This document shows positions 1 through 9,607 of a stretch of DNA of 64,000 nt, one piece after another. Source of the stretch: an uncultured Hyphomicrobiales bacterium. Its GTDB lineage: Bacteria > Pseudomonadota > Alphaproteobacteria > Rhizobiales > Beijerinckiaceae. The position numbers and the translations under genes are program-made. The stretch is from NCBI GenBank assembly GCA_903884435.1, contig CAISEY010000302.1, positions 27,873 through 91,872 on the forward strand. Direction: 5' to 3'. How positions within the stretch are numbered: position 1 is the first letter of the stretch; each line of letters begins with the position of its first letter. The notes below the pieces were generated by a model. It saw only the letters and a program-made list of their open reading frames with translations. It was not told the origin of the DNA and searched no databases.

Positions 1-133
1 CATGATGGGCTCCGACATGCCATTCCCCATCGGCGACCTCACGCCCCGGCAGATCGTCGCGGACGCCGGCTTTTCGGCGTCGGAAGCCGCCGCCATCAAT
101 GGCGGCCTCGCGGCGAAACTGTTCGGACTCTAG
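1..133 (+). CDS. 3' end of amidohydrolase_2-family protein (partial, starts before window)
   Basis: Frame 2 reads MMGSDMPFPIGDLTPRQIVADAGFSASEAAAINGGLAAKLFGL*. GSDxPF and the terminal A-x-x-LFGL are typical of the C-terminus of ACMSD/LigW-like amidohydrolases. Not in the ORF track. Confidence 0.7.
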   Translation, partial: MMGSDMPFPIGDLTPRQIVADAGFSASEAAAINGGLAAKLFGL

Positions 134-145
134 ACCTCGACCACG

Positions 146-170
146 CCCTTCCCCGCGCCGCGGGGAGGGG
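146..170. repeat. REP-like GC-rich palindrome
   Basis: CCCTTCCCCGC-gcc-GCGGGGAGGGG; same core as the palindromes at 38959, 39109 and 53980. Confidence 0.6.
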
Positions 171-194
171 CCGCGCGCGCAACCGGGAAAGCCA

Positions 195-1829
195 ATGACA
201 GACGCACCCCGCTCCTATCGCGATCTCCACGATCACCTCGACGCGTTGCGCGAGGCGGGTCTGCTCGTCACGGTGGACCGCCCCATCGACAAGGACGCGG
301 ATTTGCATCCGCTGGTGCGCTGGCAATTCGTCGGCGGCATCGACGAGCCGGATCGCAAGGCGTTTCTCTTCACCAACATCGTCGACGGACTCGGCCGCAA
401 GTACGACATTCCCGTCGTCGTCGGCGCCATCGCCGCCAACCGCAGGATTTACTCCATCGGCATGCAGGCGGATGTCGCGGACATTCAGGCGAAATGGGAC
501 AACGCCATCGCCCGCCCGATCAAGCCGCGCGCCGTCGAGACGGCCCCCTGTCACGACGTCGTTCACGAGGGCCACGATCTCATTGGCGAGGGCAAGGGCC
601 TCGATCGCCTGCCGATTCCCGTCTCGACGCCCGGCTTCGACTCCGCGCCGACGCTGACGGCCACCAATGTCGTGACGAAGGATCCCGTCACCGGCGTGCA
701 GAACATGGGCACCTACCGCGCCGCGCTGAAGGCCTCGGACCGGCTCGTCGTGCGCATGGCGACGCGCGTCGGCGGCGCCGGCGGCTATCAGCACTATCTC
801 TCGCACAAGAAGCGCGGCGACAAGGAAATGCCTTGCGCCATCGTGCTTGGCTGCCCGCCCGCGGTCGCCTTCATGGGCCCGCAAAAACTGCCTGTCGGCG
901 TCGATGAACTCGACGTCGCCGGCGGCCTCGCGGGCGCGCCCATCAACATCGTGCGCGCGAAAACCGTCGATCTCATGGTGCCGGCGGAAGCCGAGGTCGT
1001 CATCGAGGGTTACATCGACACCGAATACGTCGAGCCCGAGGCGCCCTTCGGCGAGTCGCACGGCCATGTCGCTCTCGAAGAATTCAACATGCCCATGCGG
1101 ATCACCGCGATCACGCACCGGCGCAATCCCGTCATTCCCTCCTATATCTCCCAGGTGGCGCCCTCGGAATCCTCCGTCATCAAGCGCGTCGCCTACGAGC
1201 CGCTGTTTCTCGACCATCTCAGGAACGGACTTGGCGTCAAGGGCGTCAAGCGCGTGTCCCTGCACGAGCCGCTGACCGGCCTGCTGCGCGTCACCACGAT
1301 CGTCGTCGAGAAGGGAATGCCGCGCACCGAGATCTGGCGCGCGCTTTATGGCGCGGCGTTCTTCAAGGGCGACTGCGGAAAGATTTGCATCGCGGTGAAC
1401 GAGGACATCGACCCGGACAATTCCGACGCGATCTTGTGGGCGCTGGCCTATCGCTCCAATCCCGTGAAGGACGTGCGCACGGTGGAGTCGCGCGGCCAGG
1501 GGCATGGCCCCAAGCGTGAACATTCGGGCGAGGAGGATTCGACCTTGCTGATGGACGCGACGATGAAATCAGACATGCCGCCGCTCGCCCTGCCGAAAAA
1601 GCCCTACATGGAAAGCTCGCGCAAAATCTGGGAAGAGCTCGGCCTGCCGGCGCTGCGTCCGCAATCTCCATGGTTCGGCTATTCGCTCGGCGACTGGCTG
1701 CCGCAATGGGACCAGGCGGCGGAACGCGCGGCGACCGGGCACTATCTCGAAAACGGCAGGATCAGCGCGCAGCAGAAGCGCAAGGGCCTCGCGCCGGAAA
1801 CGAAATTCAGGCCCGACGAACCGGAATGA
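195..1829 (+). CDS. UbiD-family prFMN-dependent (de)carboxylase
   Basis: Start MTDAPRSYRDLHDHL (ATG 195); UbiD motifs QNMGTYR, VPAEAEVVIEG, EAPFGE and NEDID..AILWALAYR. Confidence 0.9.
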   Translation: MTDAPRSYRDLHDHLDALREAGLLVTVDRPIDKDADLHPLVRWQFVGGIDEPDRKAFLFTNIVDGLGRKYDIPVVVGAIAANRRIYSIGMQADVADIQAKWDNAIARPIKPRAVETAPCHDVVHEGHDLIGEGKGLDRLPIPVSTPGFDSAPTLTATNVVTKDPVTGVQNMGTYRAALKASDRLVVRMATRVGGAGGYQHYLSHKKRGDKEMPCAIVLGCPPAVAFMGPQKLPVGVDELDVAGGLAGAPINIVRAKTVDLMVPAEAEVVIEGYIDTEYVEPEAPFGESHGHVALEEFNMPMRITAITHRRNPVIPSYISQVAPSESSVIKRVAYEPLFLDHLRNGLGVKGVKRVSLHEPLTGLLRVTTIVVEKGMPRTEIWRALYGAAFFKGDCGKICIAVNEDIDPDNSDAILWALAYRSNPVKDVRTVESRGQGHGPKREHSGEEDSTLLMDATMKSDMPPLALPKKPYMESSRKIWEELGLPALRPQSPWFGYSLGDWLPQWDQAAERAATGHYLENGRISAQQKRKGLAPETKFRPDEPE

Positions 1830-1860
1830 TCTTGCCCTGTCGCGCGAGGAGAAACGCAAG

Positions 1861-2829
1861 ATGAATGTCATTGGCAAAGCCGTTTCCGCCTGGGCGGGCC
1901 TCGCGCTCGCGGCGTTCGCGTCGCCCGCCGCCGCGCTCGACAAGATATCCATCGTCGTCTTCGGGCCGCCCTCGCTCGGCGCGCTGCTGCAACCGATCAT
2001 CAAGACGCGCGGCCTCGACAAGGCGAACGATCTCGACATCGACTTCCAGGAGCGCACGCCCGACGCCTACACGGCGCAGTTCAATTCCGGCGAGTTCCAG
2101 GTCGGCGGCAGCGCCGCCCTGCTCACCGTCGGCCTCGCCGACCAGCGCGGCGTCAAGGTTTCCTACCTCTTCAATCTCTTCGACTTCTGGGGCGGCGTGG
2201 TCACGTCGCGACCCGACGTGAAATCGCTCAAGGATCTCGAGGGCAAGGACATCGCGGCGGCGCGCGGCACCACGAATTTCATCATGTTCGACTGGTTCGC
2301 CCGTCAGCAGGGCGTCGATCTCTCGAAAGTGGCGATCATCAACACGGCGACGCCGGGCCTCGTCGGCTACGCGCTCGCCGACCGCGCCGCGGCCGTGCAA
2401 TTGTGGGAGCCGGCATACACCGCGCTGCTCGCGAAAAAGCCCGATCTGCGTTCGCTCGACCTGCAAATCGCGCAACGCTGGCAGGCTTTCGCCGGCAGCC
2501 CCGCGCTGCCCTATCTCGGCCTCGCCGCGCACCAGGCGTGGATCGACAAGAATCGGCCGCTCGTGCCGAAGCTCTACGCGACCTACAAGGCGGCCGCGGA
2601 TTATCTCGTCGCCAATCCGCTCGACGCCGCGAAAATCATTTCGCCGAAAGGAACCCCGGAAGATCAAAAGGCCATCGCCGATCTCGTGAAGGCCAACGAT
2701 CGTCTCGGCCTCGACATTCGCCGGGCGTCGGAATTGCGCAAGGAAATCGGCTTCGTCTACGCAGCTGGAAAGTCGACCGGATTCCTGCCCGGCGACCCAT
2801 CCGCGACGACGATCTTCGACGAGAAATAA
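1861..2829 (+). CDS. ABC transporter substrate-binding protein (NMT1/SsuA/TauA-like)
   Basis: Signal peptide ending ASPAAA, SLKDLEGKDIA and WEP motifs; followed by permease and ATPase genes. Confidence 0.85.
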   Translation: MNVIGKAVSAWAGLALAAFASPAAALDKISIVVFGPPSLGALLQPIIKTRGLDKANDLDIDFQERTPDAYTAQFNSGEFQVGGSAALLTVGLADQRGVKVSYLFNLFDFWGGVVTSRPDVKSLKDLEGKDIAAARGTTNFIMFDWFARQQGVDLSKVAIINTATPGLVGYALADRAAAVQLWEPAYTALLAKKPDLRSLDLQIAQRWQAFAGSPALPYLGLAAHQAWIDKNRPLVPKLYATYKAAADYLVANPLDAAKIISPKGTPEDQKAIADLVKANDRLGLDIRRASELRKEIGFVYAAGKSTGFLPGDPSATTIFDEK

Positions 2830-2834
2830 GCGGC

Positions 2835-3629
2835 ATGGCGAAGGCGCCGGACGCATCCGTTGCGAGAACCAGACTGGTGCACGGCGCGCAGGCGGTCGCG
2901 CCTTTCGTGGTGCTCGCCGCGGTCTGGCAGATCGCGGCCTGGAATCTTCCGCCGTTCCTGTTTCCCTCGCTGGTCGCCGTTTTCGGACGCGTGTTCGACA
3001 TTCTCACGACCTGGGGCGAATTCTCGCACGTGCTCGCGACGGTCGCGCGCATCATGGCGGGCCTCGCCGGCGCCTTCGTGCTCGGCGCCGCCATCGCGGT
3101 GCCGATGGCGCGCTCGCGCGGCGCGGACCGCTTTTTTTCGCCGGTGCTCAACTTCTTTCAGGGCATTCCCGCGCTGTCGTGGGTCGTCTTCGCGATCATC
3201 TGGTTCAAGGGCACGGAACAGCGCATTTTCTTCATCATGCTGGTGACGTCGCTTCCCGCCTTCGCTTTCCAGGTGCTGGGCGCCCTGCGCGCCGTGCCGA
3301 AGGACCTCTTCGAAATGGTGCTGTCGTTTCGCCCGACGAAGACGCTGATGTTCCGCACGATGATCCTTCCCGCGATTCTGCCGGAAATCCTCACCGCCTG
3401 GAAGGTCAATCTCGGCAACGCCTCGCGCGTCGTCGTCGTCGCGGAACTCGTGGGCGCCACGGGCGGCGTCGGTTACGCGCTGTTGCTGCAACAGCAACTT
3501 TTCGACATGGCCGGCGCGCTCGCCTGGACGCTTCAACTCGTCTTCTTCGTGCTCCTCGCCCAGTCGATCATCACCGCCATCGAGACGCGCGCGTTCCGCT
3601 ATCGCGCCGTGTCGGAGCGCGCGTTGTGA
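2835..3629 (+). CDS. ABC transporter permease (SsuC/TauC-like)
   Basis: ATG 2835 (MAKAPDAS); multiple TM segments, FPSL, ILPAILPEI, VVAELVGATGGVG. Confidence 0.85.
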   Translation: MAKAPDASVARTRLVHGAQAVAPFVVLAAVWQIAAWNLPPFLFPSLVAVFGRVFDILTTWGEFSHVLATVARIMAGLAGAFVLGAAIAVPMARSRGADRFFSPVLNFFQGIPALSWVVFAIIWFKGTEQRIFFIMLVTSLPAFAFQVLGALRAVPKDLFEMVLSFRPTKTLMFRTMILPAILPEILTAWKVNLGNASRVVVVAELVGATGGVGYALLLQQQLFDMAGALAWTLQLVFFVLLAQSIITAIETRAFRYRAVSERAL

Positions 3630-4381
3630 GCGGCGCGCCCGAAATCCGGTTCAGCCATGTTTGCAAGGACTTTCCGCGCCCCGACGGCGCCGGAAAGTTC
3701 CGCGCCGTCGATGACGTGAACCTCGACATCGCCCGGGGCGATCTCGTCGCGCTGCTCGGCAAGACCGGCTGCGGCAAGTCCACCATGTTCAACATGATCG
3801 CCGGCCTTGGCGAACCCACCGAAGGCGAGGTTCGCGTTCGCGGGCGCGATCCTTTCCGCGAATTCGATTCGTTCCGCGGGCAAATCGCCATCGTCTTCCA
3901 GAACGACCGCCTGCTGCCCTGGCGCACCGCGCTCGGCAACGTCGAACTCGGCCTCGAGATGCTCGGGCGCCCGCCGGCGGAACGGCGCGACAACGCGCGG
4001 GTCTGGCTCGCGCGCCTCGGACTCGCGGGCCATGAAAACGATTATCCGCACGCTCTCTCCGGCGGCATGAGGCAACGCGTCTCCATCGCGCGGGCCTTCG
4101 CGACCGACGCCGGCATTCTCCTGTGCGACGAGCCTTTCTCAGCCCTCGACGAAATGACGGCGCAAAAATTGCGCGAGGAATTCTCGACGCTCGTGCGCGA
4201 GAACGGCAAAACCGCGGTCTTCATCACCCATTCCATCAGCGAGGCGCTTCATCTTGGCGATCGGGTGATCGTCCTGCGGCGGCCAGCGCAAATCGCCCTC
4301 GACACGCGTGTGTCCCGCGACGCGAGCCAGTGCGAGCGCGACGCCATTCGCGCCAGGATCGAGGCCATATTGGCCGAATAG
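3626..4381 (+). CDS. ABC transporter ATP-binding protein (SsuB/TauB-like)
   Basis: GTG start overlapping the permease stop (GTGA); Walker A GKTGCGKS, LSGGM, DEPFSALD, H-loop ITHS. Confidence 0.9.
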   Translation: MSGAPEIRFSHVCKDFPRPDGAGKFRAVDDVNLDIARGDLVALLGKTGCGKSTMFNMIAGLGEPTEGEVRVRGRDPFREFDSFRGQIAIVFQNDRLLPWRTALGNVELGLEMLGRPPAERRDNARVWLARLGLAGHENDYPHALSGGMRQRVSIARAFATDAGILLCDEPFSALDEMTAQKLREEFSTLVRENGKTAVFITHSISEALHLGDRVIVLRRPAQIALDTRVSRDASQCERDAIRARIEAILAE

Positions 4382-4410
4382 AAGGCGCGCGATAAACTCG
4401 AGCGGCGGAG

Positions 4411-5445
4411 ATGGCCAGCGTGACCCGTTCAACCGATTTCGACGCGGAAATTCTCGACCGGTTCCTCGAACGCCATGTTGCCGGCGCGCGGGGAGACCTG
4501 AGAATCGCGCGCGTGCCCGGCGGGCAATCGAATCCAACCTATTTCATCGACAAGGGCGACCTGCGCCTCGTGCTGCGCAAACAGCCCGCCGGCGAAATTC
4601 TGCCTTCGGCCCACGCGGTCGATCGCGAATTCCGGGTCATGCGCGCGCTCGCCGCCACGGACGCGCCCGTGCCGCGCGTGATTCTCTTTCACGCGGAGCG
4701 CGATGTCGTCGGCACGCCGTTTTATCTCATGGAGCGTCTCGAGGGACGCGTTTTCCACGACAGCGCGTTGCCGGGTCTCGAACCCGCCGGGCGTCGCGCC
4801 GCTTTTCATTCGATGGCGGAAACGCTGGCGCGGCTGCACGCCGTCGATCCCGCCGCCGTCGGCCTCGCGGATTTCGGACGGCCCGGAAATTATTTCGCCC
4901 GCCAGATCGCGCGCTGGTCGCGTCAATGGGAGCTTTCGAAAGCGCGCGAGTTGCCGGATGTTGAGCGATTGATCGACTGGCTCGGCGCGAATATCCCCGC
5001 GGACGACACGTCCACCATCGTCCATGGCGATTTTCGTTTCGGCAACCTCATGCTGCATCCAGGGGAACCGCGCGTGATCGCGATCCTCGACTGGGAGCTT
5101 TCGACGCTCGGCCATCCCCTCGCCGATCTCGCCCACTCCTGCATCGGCTGGCGCTCGAAACCGGCCGACTACGGCGGCGTGCTCGGGCTCGATCTCGATT
5201 CGCTCGGCATTCCCCTCGAGAACGAATACATCGAGACCTACATGCGCCACGCCCGCCACGGCGCCCGGCTCCTGCCGTTTCACCTCGCCTTCGCGCTGTT
5301 TCGCTTCGCCGTTATTTTCGAGGGAATCGCGGCGCGCGCGCGACAGGGCAACGCCAGCGGCGACAACGCCGGCGAAGTGGGCCGCCTGTCGGAAGTCTTC
5401 GCGCGGCGCGCCATCGACGTGATCGAAGGCCGCCCGCACTCTTGA
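4411..5445 (+). CDS. APH-like phosphotransferase (ACAD10/11 kinase-domain / LvaA-like)
   Basis: GGQSNPTY, LRKQP, LPSAHAVDRE, HGDFRFGN and LDWELSTLGHPLADLA motifs. Confidence 0.85.
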   Translation: MASVTRSTDFDAEILDRFLERHVAGARGDLRIARVPGGQSNPTYFIDKGDLRLVLRKQPAGEILPSAHAVDREFRVMRALAATDAPVPRVILFHAERDVVGTPFYLMERLEGRVFHDSALPGLEPAGRRAAFHSMAETLARLHAVDPAAVGLADFGRPGNYFARQIARWSRQWELSKARELPDVERLIDWLGANIPADDTSTIVHGDFRFGNLMLHPGEPRVIAILDWELSTLGHPLADLAHSCIGWRSKPADYGGVLGLDLDSLGIPLENEYIETYMRHARHGARLLPFHLAFALFRFAVIFEGIAARARQGNASGDNAGEVGRLSEVFARRAIDVIEGRPHS

Positions 5446-5461
5446 AAAGCCGGAACCGAAA

Positions 5462-6679
5462 ATGGATTTCGCCTACACGCCAAAGGTCGAGGAACTGCGC
5501 GCCCGGCTCGACGCCTTCATGGCGGCTCATGTCCTGCCGGTCGACCCCGCCTTCCAGAAGGAGGCGCACGCGGGGCGCTTCCCGATCGAGTTGCTTGGGC
5601 CGCTGAAGGCGCGCGCGAAGGCGGAGGGATTGTGGAATCTCTTCCTGCCCGCTCTCAAGCCGGACGAACCGGGCACGCGATTGACGAACCTCGAATACGC
5701 GCCGCTCGCGGAAATCATGGGCCGCGTGTTCTGGGCCTCGGAAGCCTTCAATTGCAGCGCGCCCGACACCGGCAACATGGAAATTCTCCACATGTTCGCG
5801 ACGCCGGAGCAGCGCGCGCAATGGCTGGTTCCGTTGATGAACGGCGACATTCGCTCCTGCGTCGGCATCACCGAGCCGGACGTGGCGTCCTCCGATCCCA
5901 CGAATTTGCAAACAACGATCGCGCGGGACGGCGACCATTACGTCGTCAACGGCCGCAAGTGGTTCACCACGGGCGCGCTGCATCCGAACGCGAAATTCTG
6001 CATCGTCATGGGCCTGTCCGACGCGCGGCCCGACGCCAACCCGCACGCTCGCCACTCGATGATCATCGTGCCGCTCGACGCGCCGGGCGTCGAGATCGTG
6101 CGCAACCTGCCGATCATGCAGCACTGGTCGCCCGAGGGCCATTGCGAGGTCGCGTACAACAACGTCCGCGTGCCCGCGGCGAACATCCTCGGCGAGGAAG
6201 GCAAGGGCTTCGCGCTGGCGCAGGCGCGGCTCGGCCCCGGGCGCATTCATCATTGCATGCGCTCCATCGGCCAGTGCGAGGTCGCGCTCGAACTCATGTG
6301 CGCCCGCGCCGCGAACCGCCGCGCCTTCGGGCGCAATCTCGCGGATTACGCCAACGTCCAGGACTGGATCGCCGAGAGCCGCATGGAGATCGATCAGGCG
6401 CGGCTCTACGTGCTGCGCGCGGCGTGGATGATGGACAGACAGGGCAACAAGGCGGCGCGAACCGAGGTTTCGGCCATCAAGGTCGTCGTCGCGCGCATGC
6501 AGACGAAAATTCTCGATCGGGCCATTCAGGTCTTCGGCGCCATGGGCCTCACCAACGACACGCCGCTGGCCTTTCTCTGGACCTGGGGCCGCGCGCTGCG
6601 CTTCATCGACGGGCCCGACGAGGTACACAATCGCGTCGTCGCGCGGACCGAGCTCCGCAAACACGGTAGGCCGGCATGA
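5462..6679 (+). CDS. Acyl-CoA dehydrogenase (ACAD10/11 / LvaC-like subfamily)
   Basis: GLWNLFLP, FNCSAPDTGNME, TEPDVASSD, NGRKWF, AQARLGPGRIHHCMR, DGPDEVH. Confidence 0.9.
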   Translation: MDFAYTPKVEELRARLDAFMAAHVLPVDPAFQKEAHAGRFPIELLGPLKARAKAEGLWNLFLPALKPDEPGTRLTNLEYAPLAEIMGRVFWASEAFNCSAPDTGNMEILHMFATPEQRAQWLVPLMNGDIRSCVGITEPDVASSDPTNLQTTIARDGDHYVVNGRKWFTTGALHPNAKFCIVMGLSDARPDANPHARHSMIIVPLDAPGVEIVRNLPIMQHWSPEGHCEVAYNNVRVPAANILGEEGKGFALAQARLGPGRIHHCMRSIGQCEVALELMCARAANRRAFGRNLADYANVQDWIAESRMEIDQARLYVLRAAWMMDRQGNKAARTEVSAIKVVVARMQTKILDRAIQVFGAMGLTNDTPLAFLWTWGRALRFIDGPDEVHNRVVARTELRKHGRPA

Positions 6680-7446
6680 ATCTCGGCGCGCTGCTGAAAG
6701 GCAAGACCGTTTTCATCACCGGGGCGTCCTCGGGCATCGGCGCGCATCTCGCGCGCGTCAGCGCGGAGAGCGGCGCGAACGTCGTCGTGGCGGCGCGACG
6801 GCTCGACGAATTGCGCGCGATGGAGGACGATTTGCGCGTGCGCGGAGCCGCCGACGTGCTGTCTCTGCGCCTCGACGTGGCGGACGAGGCGTCGGTCAAG
6901 GCGGCGATCGCGACGGCGCGCGCGAAATTCCGGACGCTTGACGTCGTCGTCAACAACGCGGGCGTCGCCGGCGGTTCGATGGCGCTGGACATGGACATGG
7001 CGGAATTCGACCGGATCGTCGCCGTCAACCTGCGCGGCGCCTTCATGGTGGCGAACGAGGCGGGCCGCGCGTGGCGAGCGGAGAAGCGCGACGGCGCGGT
7101 CATCAACATCGCCTCGGTGCTCGGGTTCCGCCAGGCTGGCGGCGTCTCGGCCTACGCCATGTCGAAGGCCGGCGTCGTGCAAATGACGAAGACACTCGCG
7201 CTAGAGTGGGCGCGCCATGGCATTCGCGTCAACGCGATCGCGCCCGGTTATTTCGACACGGCGATGAACGAGGGCTTTTTCGACACAGACGCGGGCAAGA
7301 CGATGATCAAGCGCATTCCCATGCGACGCATTGGCGACATGCGGGATCTCGACGGGCCTTTTCTGCTGCTGGCGACGGAAGCCTCGGCGTTCATGACCGG
7401 GGCCGTGATTCCCGTCGATGGCGGGCATCTCGTCAATTCGCTTTGA
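6676..7446 (+). CDS. Short-chain dehydrogenase/reductase
   Basis: TGASSGIG, NNAG, YAMSK, IAPG; ATGA overlap with the acyl-CoA dehydrogenase. Confidence 0.9.
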   Translation: MNLGALLKGKTVFITGASSGIGAHLARVSAESGANVVVAARRLDELRAMEDDLRVRGAADVLSLRLDVADEASVKAAIATARAKFRTLDVVVNNAGVAGGSMALDMDMAEFDRIVAVNLRGAFMVANEAGRAWRAEKRDGAVINIASVLGFRQAGGVSAYAMSKAGVVQMTKTLALEWARHGIRVNAIAPGYFDTAMNEGFFDTDAGKTMIKRIPMRRIGDMRDLDGPFLLLATEASAFMTGAVIPVDGGHLVNSL

Positions 7447-7977
7447 TCACGCGCGCGCGGGCGAAAGCCCTCGCCGCGCCTTGAGCGCCTGCCAGTCGCG
7501 CAAGGCCTGGTGAGCCTCCGCTTTCTGGGCTTCGACAAACCCGGGCGGTTCGGTGCGCACGGTGATCTCGATGCGCAATCCGTTCGGGTCGAAGAAGTAG
7601 ATCGACTGGATGAAATGGTGATCGACCACGCCGAGAACCTCGACCCCCGCCGCTTTCAGCCGCGCGCGCATGGCCTCGAGATCGGCCATCGACGGCACTT
7701 CCAGCGCCAGATGCTGCAGCCACCGCGGCGTGTTTGGCGAAGGTTGCGGCATGACGCCCTCGCCGAGATCGAAGAAGGCGACGTAGGAGCCGTCGCCCAT
7801 CTCGAAAAAAATGTGCAGATAGGGACCCGCTTCGCCCGTGCTCGGCACCGCGGCGACCTTGACGCAACTGGTCATCGGCAGACCCAGCAAATCCTCGTAA
7901 AACGCCCGCGTCTCCTCCGCGTCGCGGCAGGGAAACGCGAAATGAAAAAGCTTCTCGATCGTGCGTGGCGTCGCCAT
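7447..7977 (-). CDS. VOC/glyoxalase-family protein
   Basis: Start MATPRTIEKLFHFAF; FYEDLLGL, HIFF, QHLALEV and SIYFFDPNGLRIEIT metal-binding pattern. Confidence 0.85.
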   Translation of the reverse strand: MATPRTIEKLFHFAFPCRDAEETRAFYEDLLGLPMTSCVKVAAVPSTGEAGPYLHIFFEMGDGSYVAFFDLGEGVMPQPSPNTPRWLQHLALEVPSMADLEAMRARLKAAGVEVLGVVDHHFIQSIYFFDPNGLRIEITVRTEPPGFVEAQKAEAHQALRDWQALKARRGLSPARA

Positions 7978-7991
7978 GTCCGTCTCCTCGA

Positions 7992-9461
7992 TTATTTCGC
8001 CGGTTCGAGCGCGACGCCGAATTCGAAATCGCCCCATTGCGGATCGCGCGCGCGCCGATCGTAATCGGACATGCGCGCCGGCCATTGCGTGGCTATCTTG
8101 CCCGACTCCGTCTTGAAATAGGAATTGCAGCCAGGCGTCGCCACCGGCATCAGCGCCAGCTTTTGTCGCAGCATGTCGTTGAAGTCGCGTTGCGCGCGCG
8201 CGGTCGGCTGAATCGTGTCCGCGCCGCGTCGTTTCAGTTCAACGAGACAATTCGTCACGAATTGCGCCTCCGCCTCGAGCATGTAGACGATGCTTCCGGA
8301 GCCATTCGTGTTGGGCCCGTAGAGCATGAAGAAATTCGGGAAGCCGCTGACGCAGGCGCCAAGATAGGCCTCCGGTTCGCCGTCCCAGGCGTCCGGCAGG
8401 GTCTTGCCGTCGAGCCCCTCGACGCGCAGCGAGGAGAGATATTCGGTCGGCCTGAAGCCGGTCGAATAGATAATCGCGTCAACCTCGCGCGCGCGGCCGT
8501 CGCGCGTGCGAAACCCTGTCGGCGTGATTTCCTCGACGGGCTCGGTGACGAGTTCGACGTTCGGCCGCTGGATCGCGGGATAGAAATCATTGGACGCGAG
8601 CACGCGCTTGCAGCCGAGCGGGTAATCCGGCGTCAGCTTCGCGCGCAGCACTGGATCGGGCACCTGCCGCGCGAGATATTCGTGGAACGCCCGTTCCTGT
8701 TCGACGCGGATCTCCGGCGTGTTTCGACCGTCGAAATTCTCCTCGTAGGCGGACCACATCTTCTGGCGCTCGCGCCGGCGCCACAGAGCCGTGCCGTGAT
8801 ACCAGCGCTTTTCATCCGGCGCCGGCCCCTCGTCGCGGGCGCGCACGTATTGCGCGGACCTCTGGACGACATGGAGCTTGCCAGCCGTCTTCGCGATTTC
8901 CGGCACGTATTGAATGGCGCTGGCGCCAACGCCGATCGCGGCGACGCGCTTGCCGCGCAGATCGACGTCGTGACGCCAGTTCGAGGAATGAAACCAGGGC
9001 CCGGCGAAGCTCTCGACGCCGGGAATGGCGGGCAATCGCGGCGCGCCGAAAATGCCCGTCGCGGAGACAAGCGCGCGCGCGGAAATAATTTCGCCATCCG
9101 CGGTCTCGACGCGCCACGTCGCGTCCGTCGGATCGAAGCGCGCGCCCGTCGTCGCCACGCCAAAACGCACGCGCGGCAGCACGCCATGCTTGACCGCGCA
9201 ATGCCGGAGGTAGGCGTGAATCTCGTTCCAGGGCGCGTGCCAGGCGGACCAGGGATAATCCTGCTCGAACGAGAAGGAATAATAGATCGACGGAACGTCG
9301 CAGGCGCAGCCGGGATAGGTGTTGTCGCGCCACACGCCGCCGAGGTCGCTCGCGCGCTCGAGAACAACGAAGTTTTCAATGCCGGCGCGCTGGAGGCTGA
9401 TGGCGAGCGCGATACCGCCAAAGCCGCAGCCCACGATGACGATCGGATGTTCCGCCGGCAT
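7992..9461 (-). CDS. Baeyer-Villiger / class B flavoprotein monooxygenase
   Basis: GCGFGG, GGVWRDNTYPGCACD, BVMO-type fingerprint FAGPWFHSSNW, second Rossmann motif GVGASA. Confidence 0.9.
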   Translation of the reverse strand: MPAEHPIVIVGCGFGGIALAISLQRAGIENFVVLERASDLGGVWRDNTYPGCACDVPSIYYSFSFEQDYPWSAWHAPWNEIHAYLRHCAVKHGVLPRVRFGVATTGARFDPTDATWRVETADGEIISARALVSATGIFGAPRLPAIPGVESFAGPWFHSSNWRHDVDLRGKRVAAIGVGASAIQYVPEIAKTAGKLHVVQRSAQYVRARDEGPAPDEKRWYHGTALWRRRERQKMWSAYEENFDGRNTPEIRVEQERAFHEYLARQVPDPVLRAKLTPDYPLGCKRVLASNDFYPAIQRPNVELVTEPVEEITPTGFRTRDGRAREVDAIIYSTGFRPTEYLSSLRVEGLDGKTLPDAWDGEPEAYLGACVSGFPNFFMLYGPNTNGSGSIVYMLEAEAQFVTNCLVELKRRGADTIQPTARAQRDFNDMLRQKLALMPVATPGCNSYFKTESGKIATQWPARMSDYDRRARDPQWGDFEFGVALEPAK

Positions 9462-9607
9462 GAGTCCCCCGACGCGGCGCGTGGCCGCTTCTCCCGGACA
9501 GACTAGCAACCGTCCGCGGCCCGCACAACAACGGCGCGTTGACCGCTTGCCCCGGCGTCTCGCATGTTCATACTCGCGAGCGAGAACGAAACCCTGGAGT
9601 CATTTGA

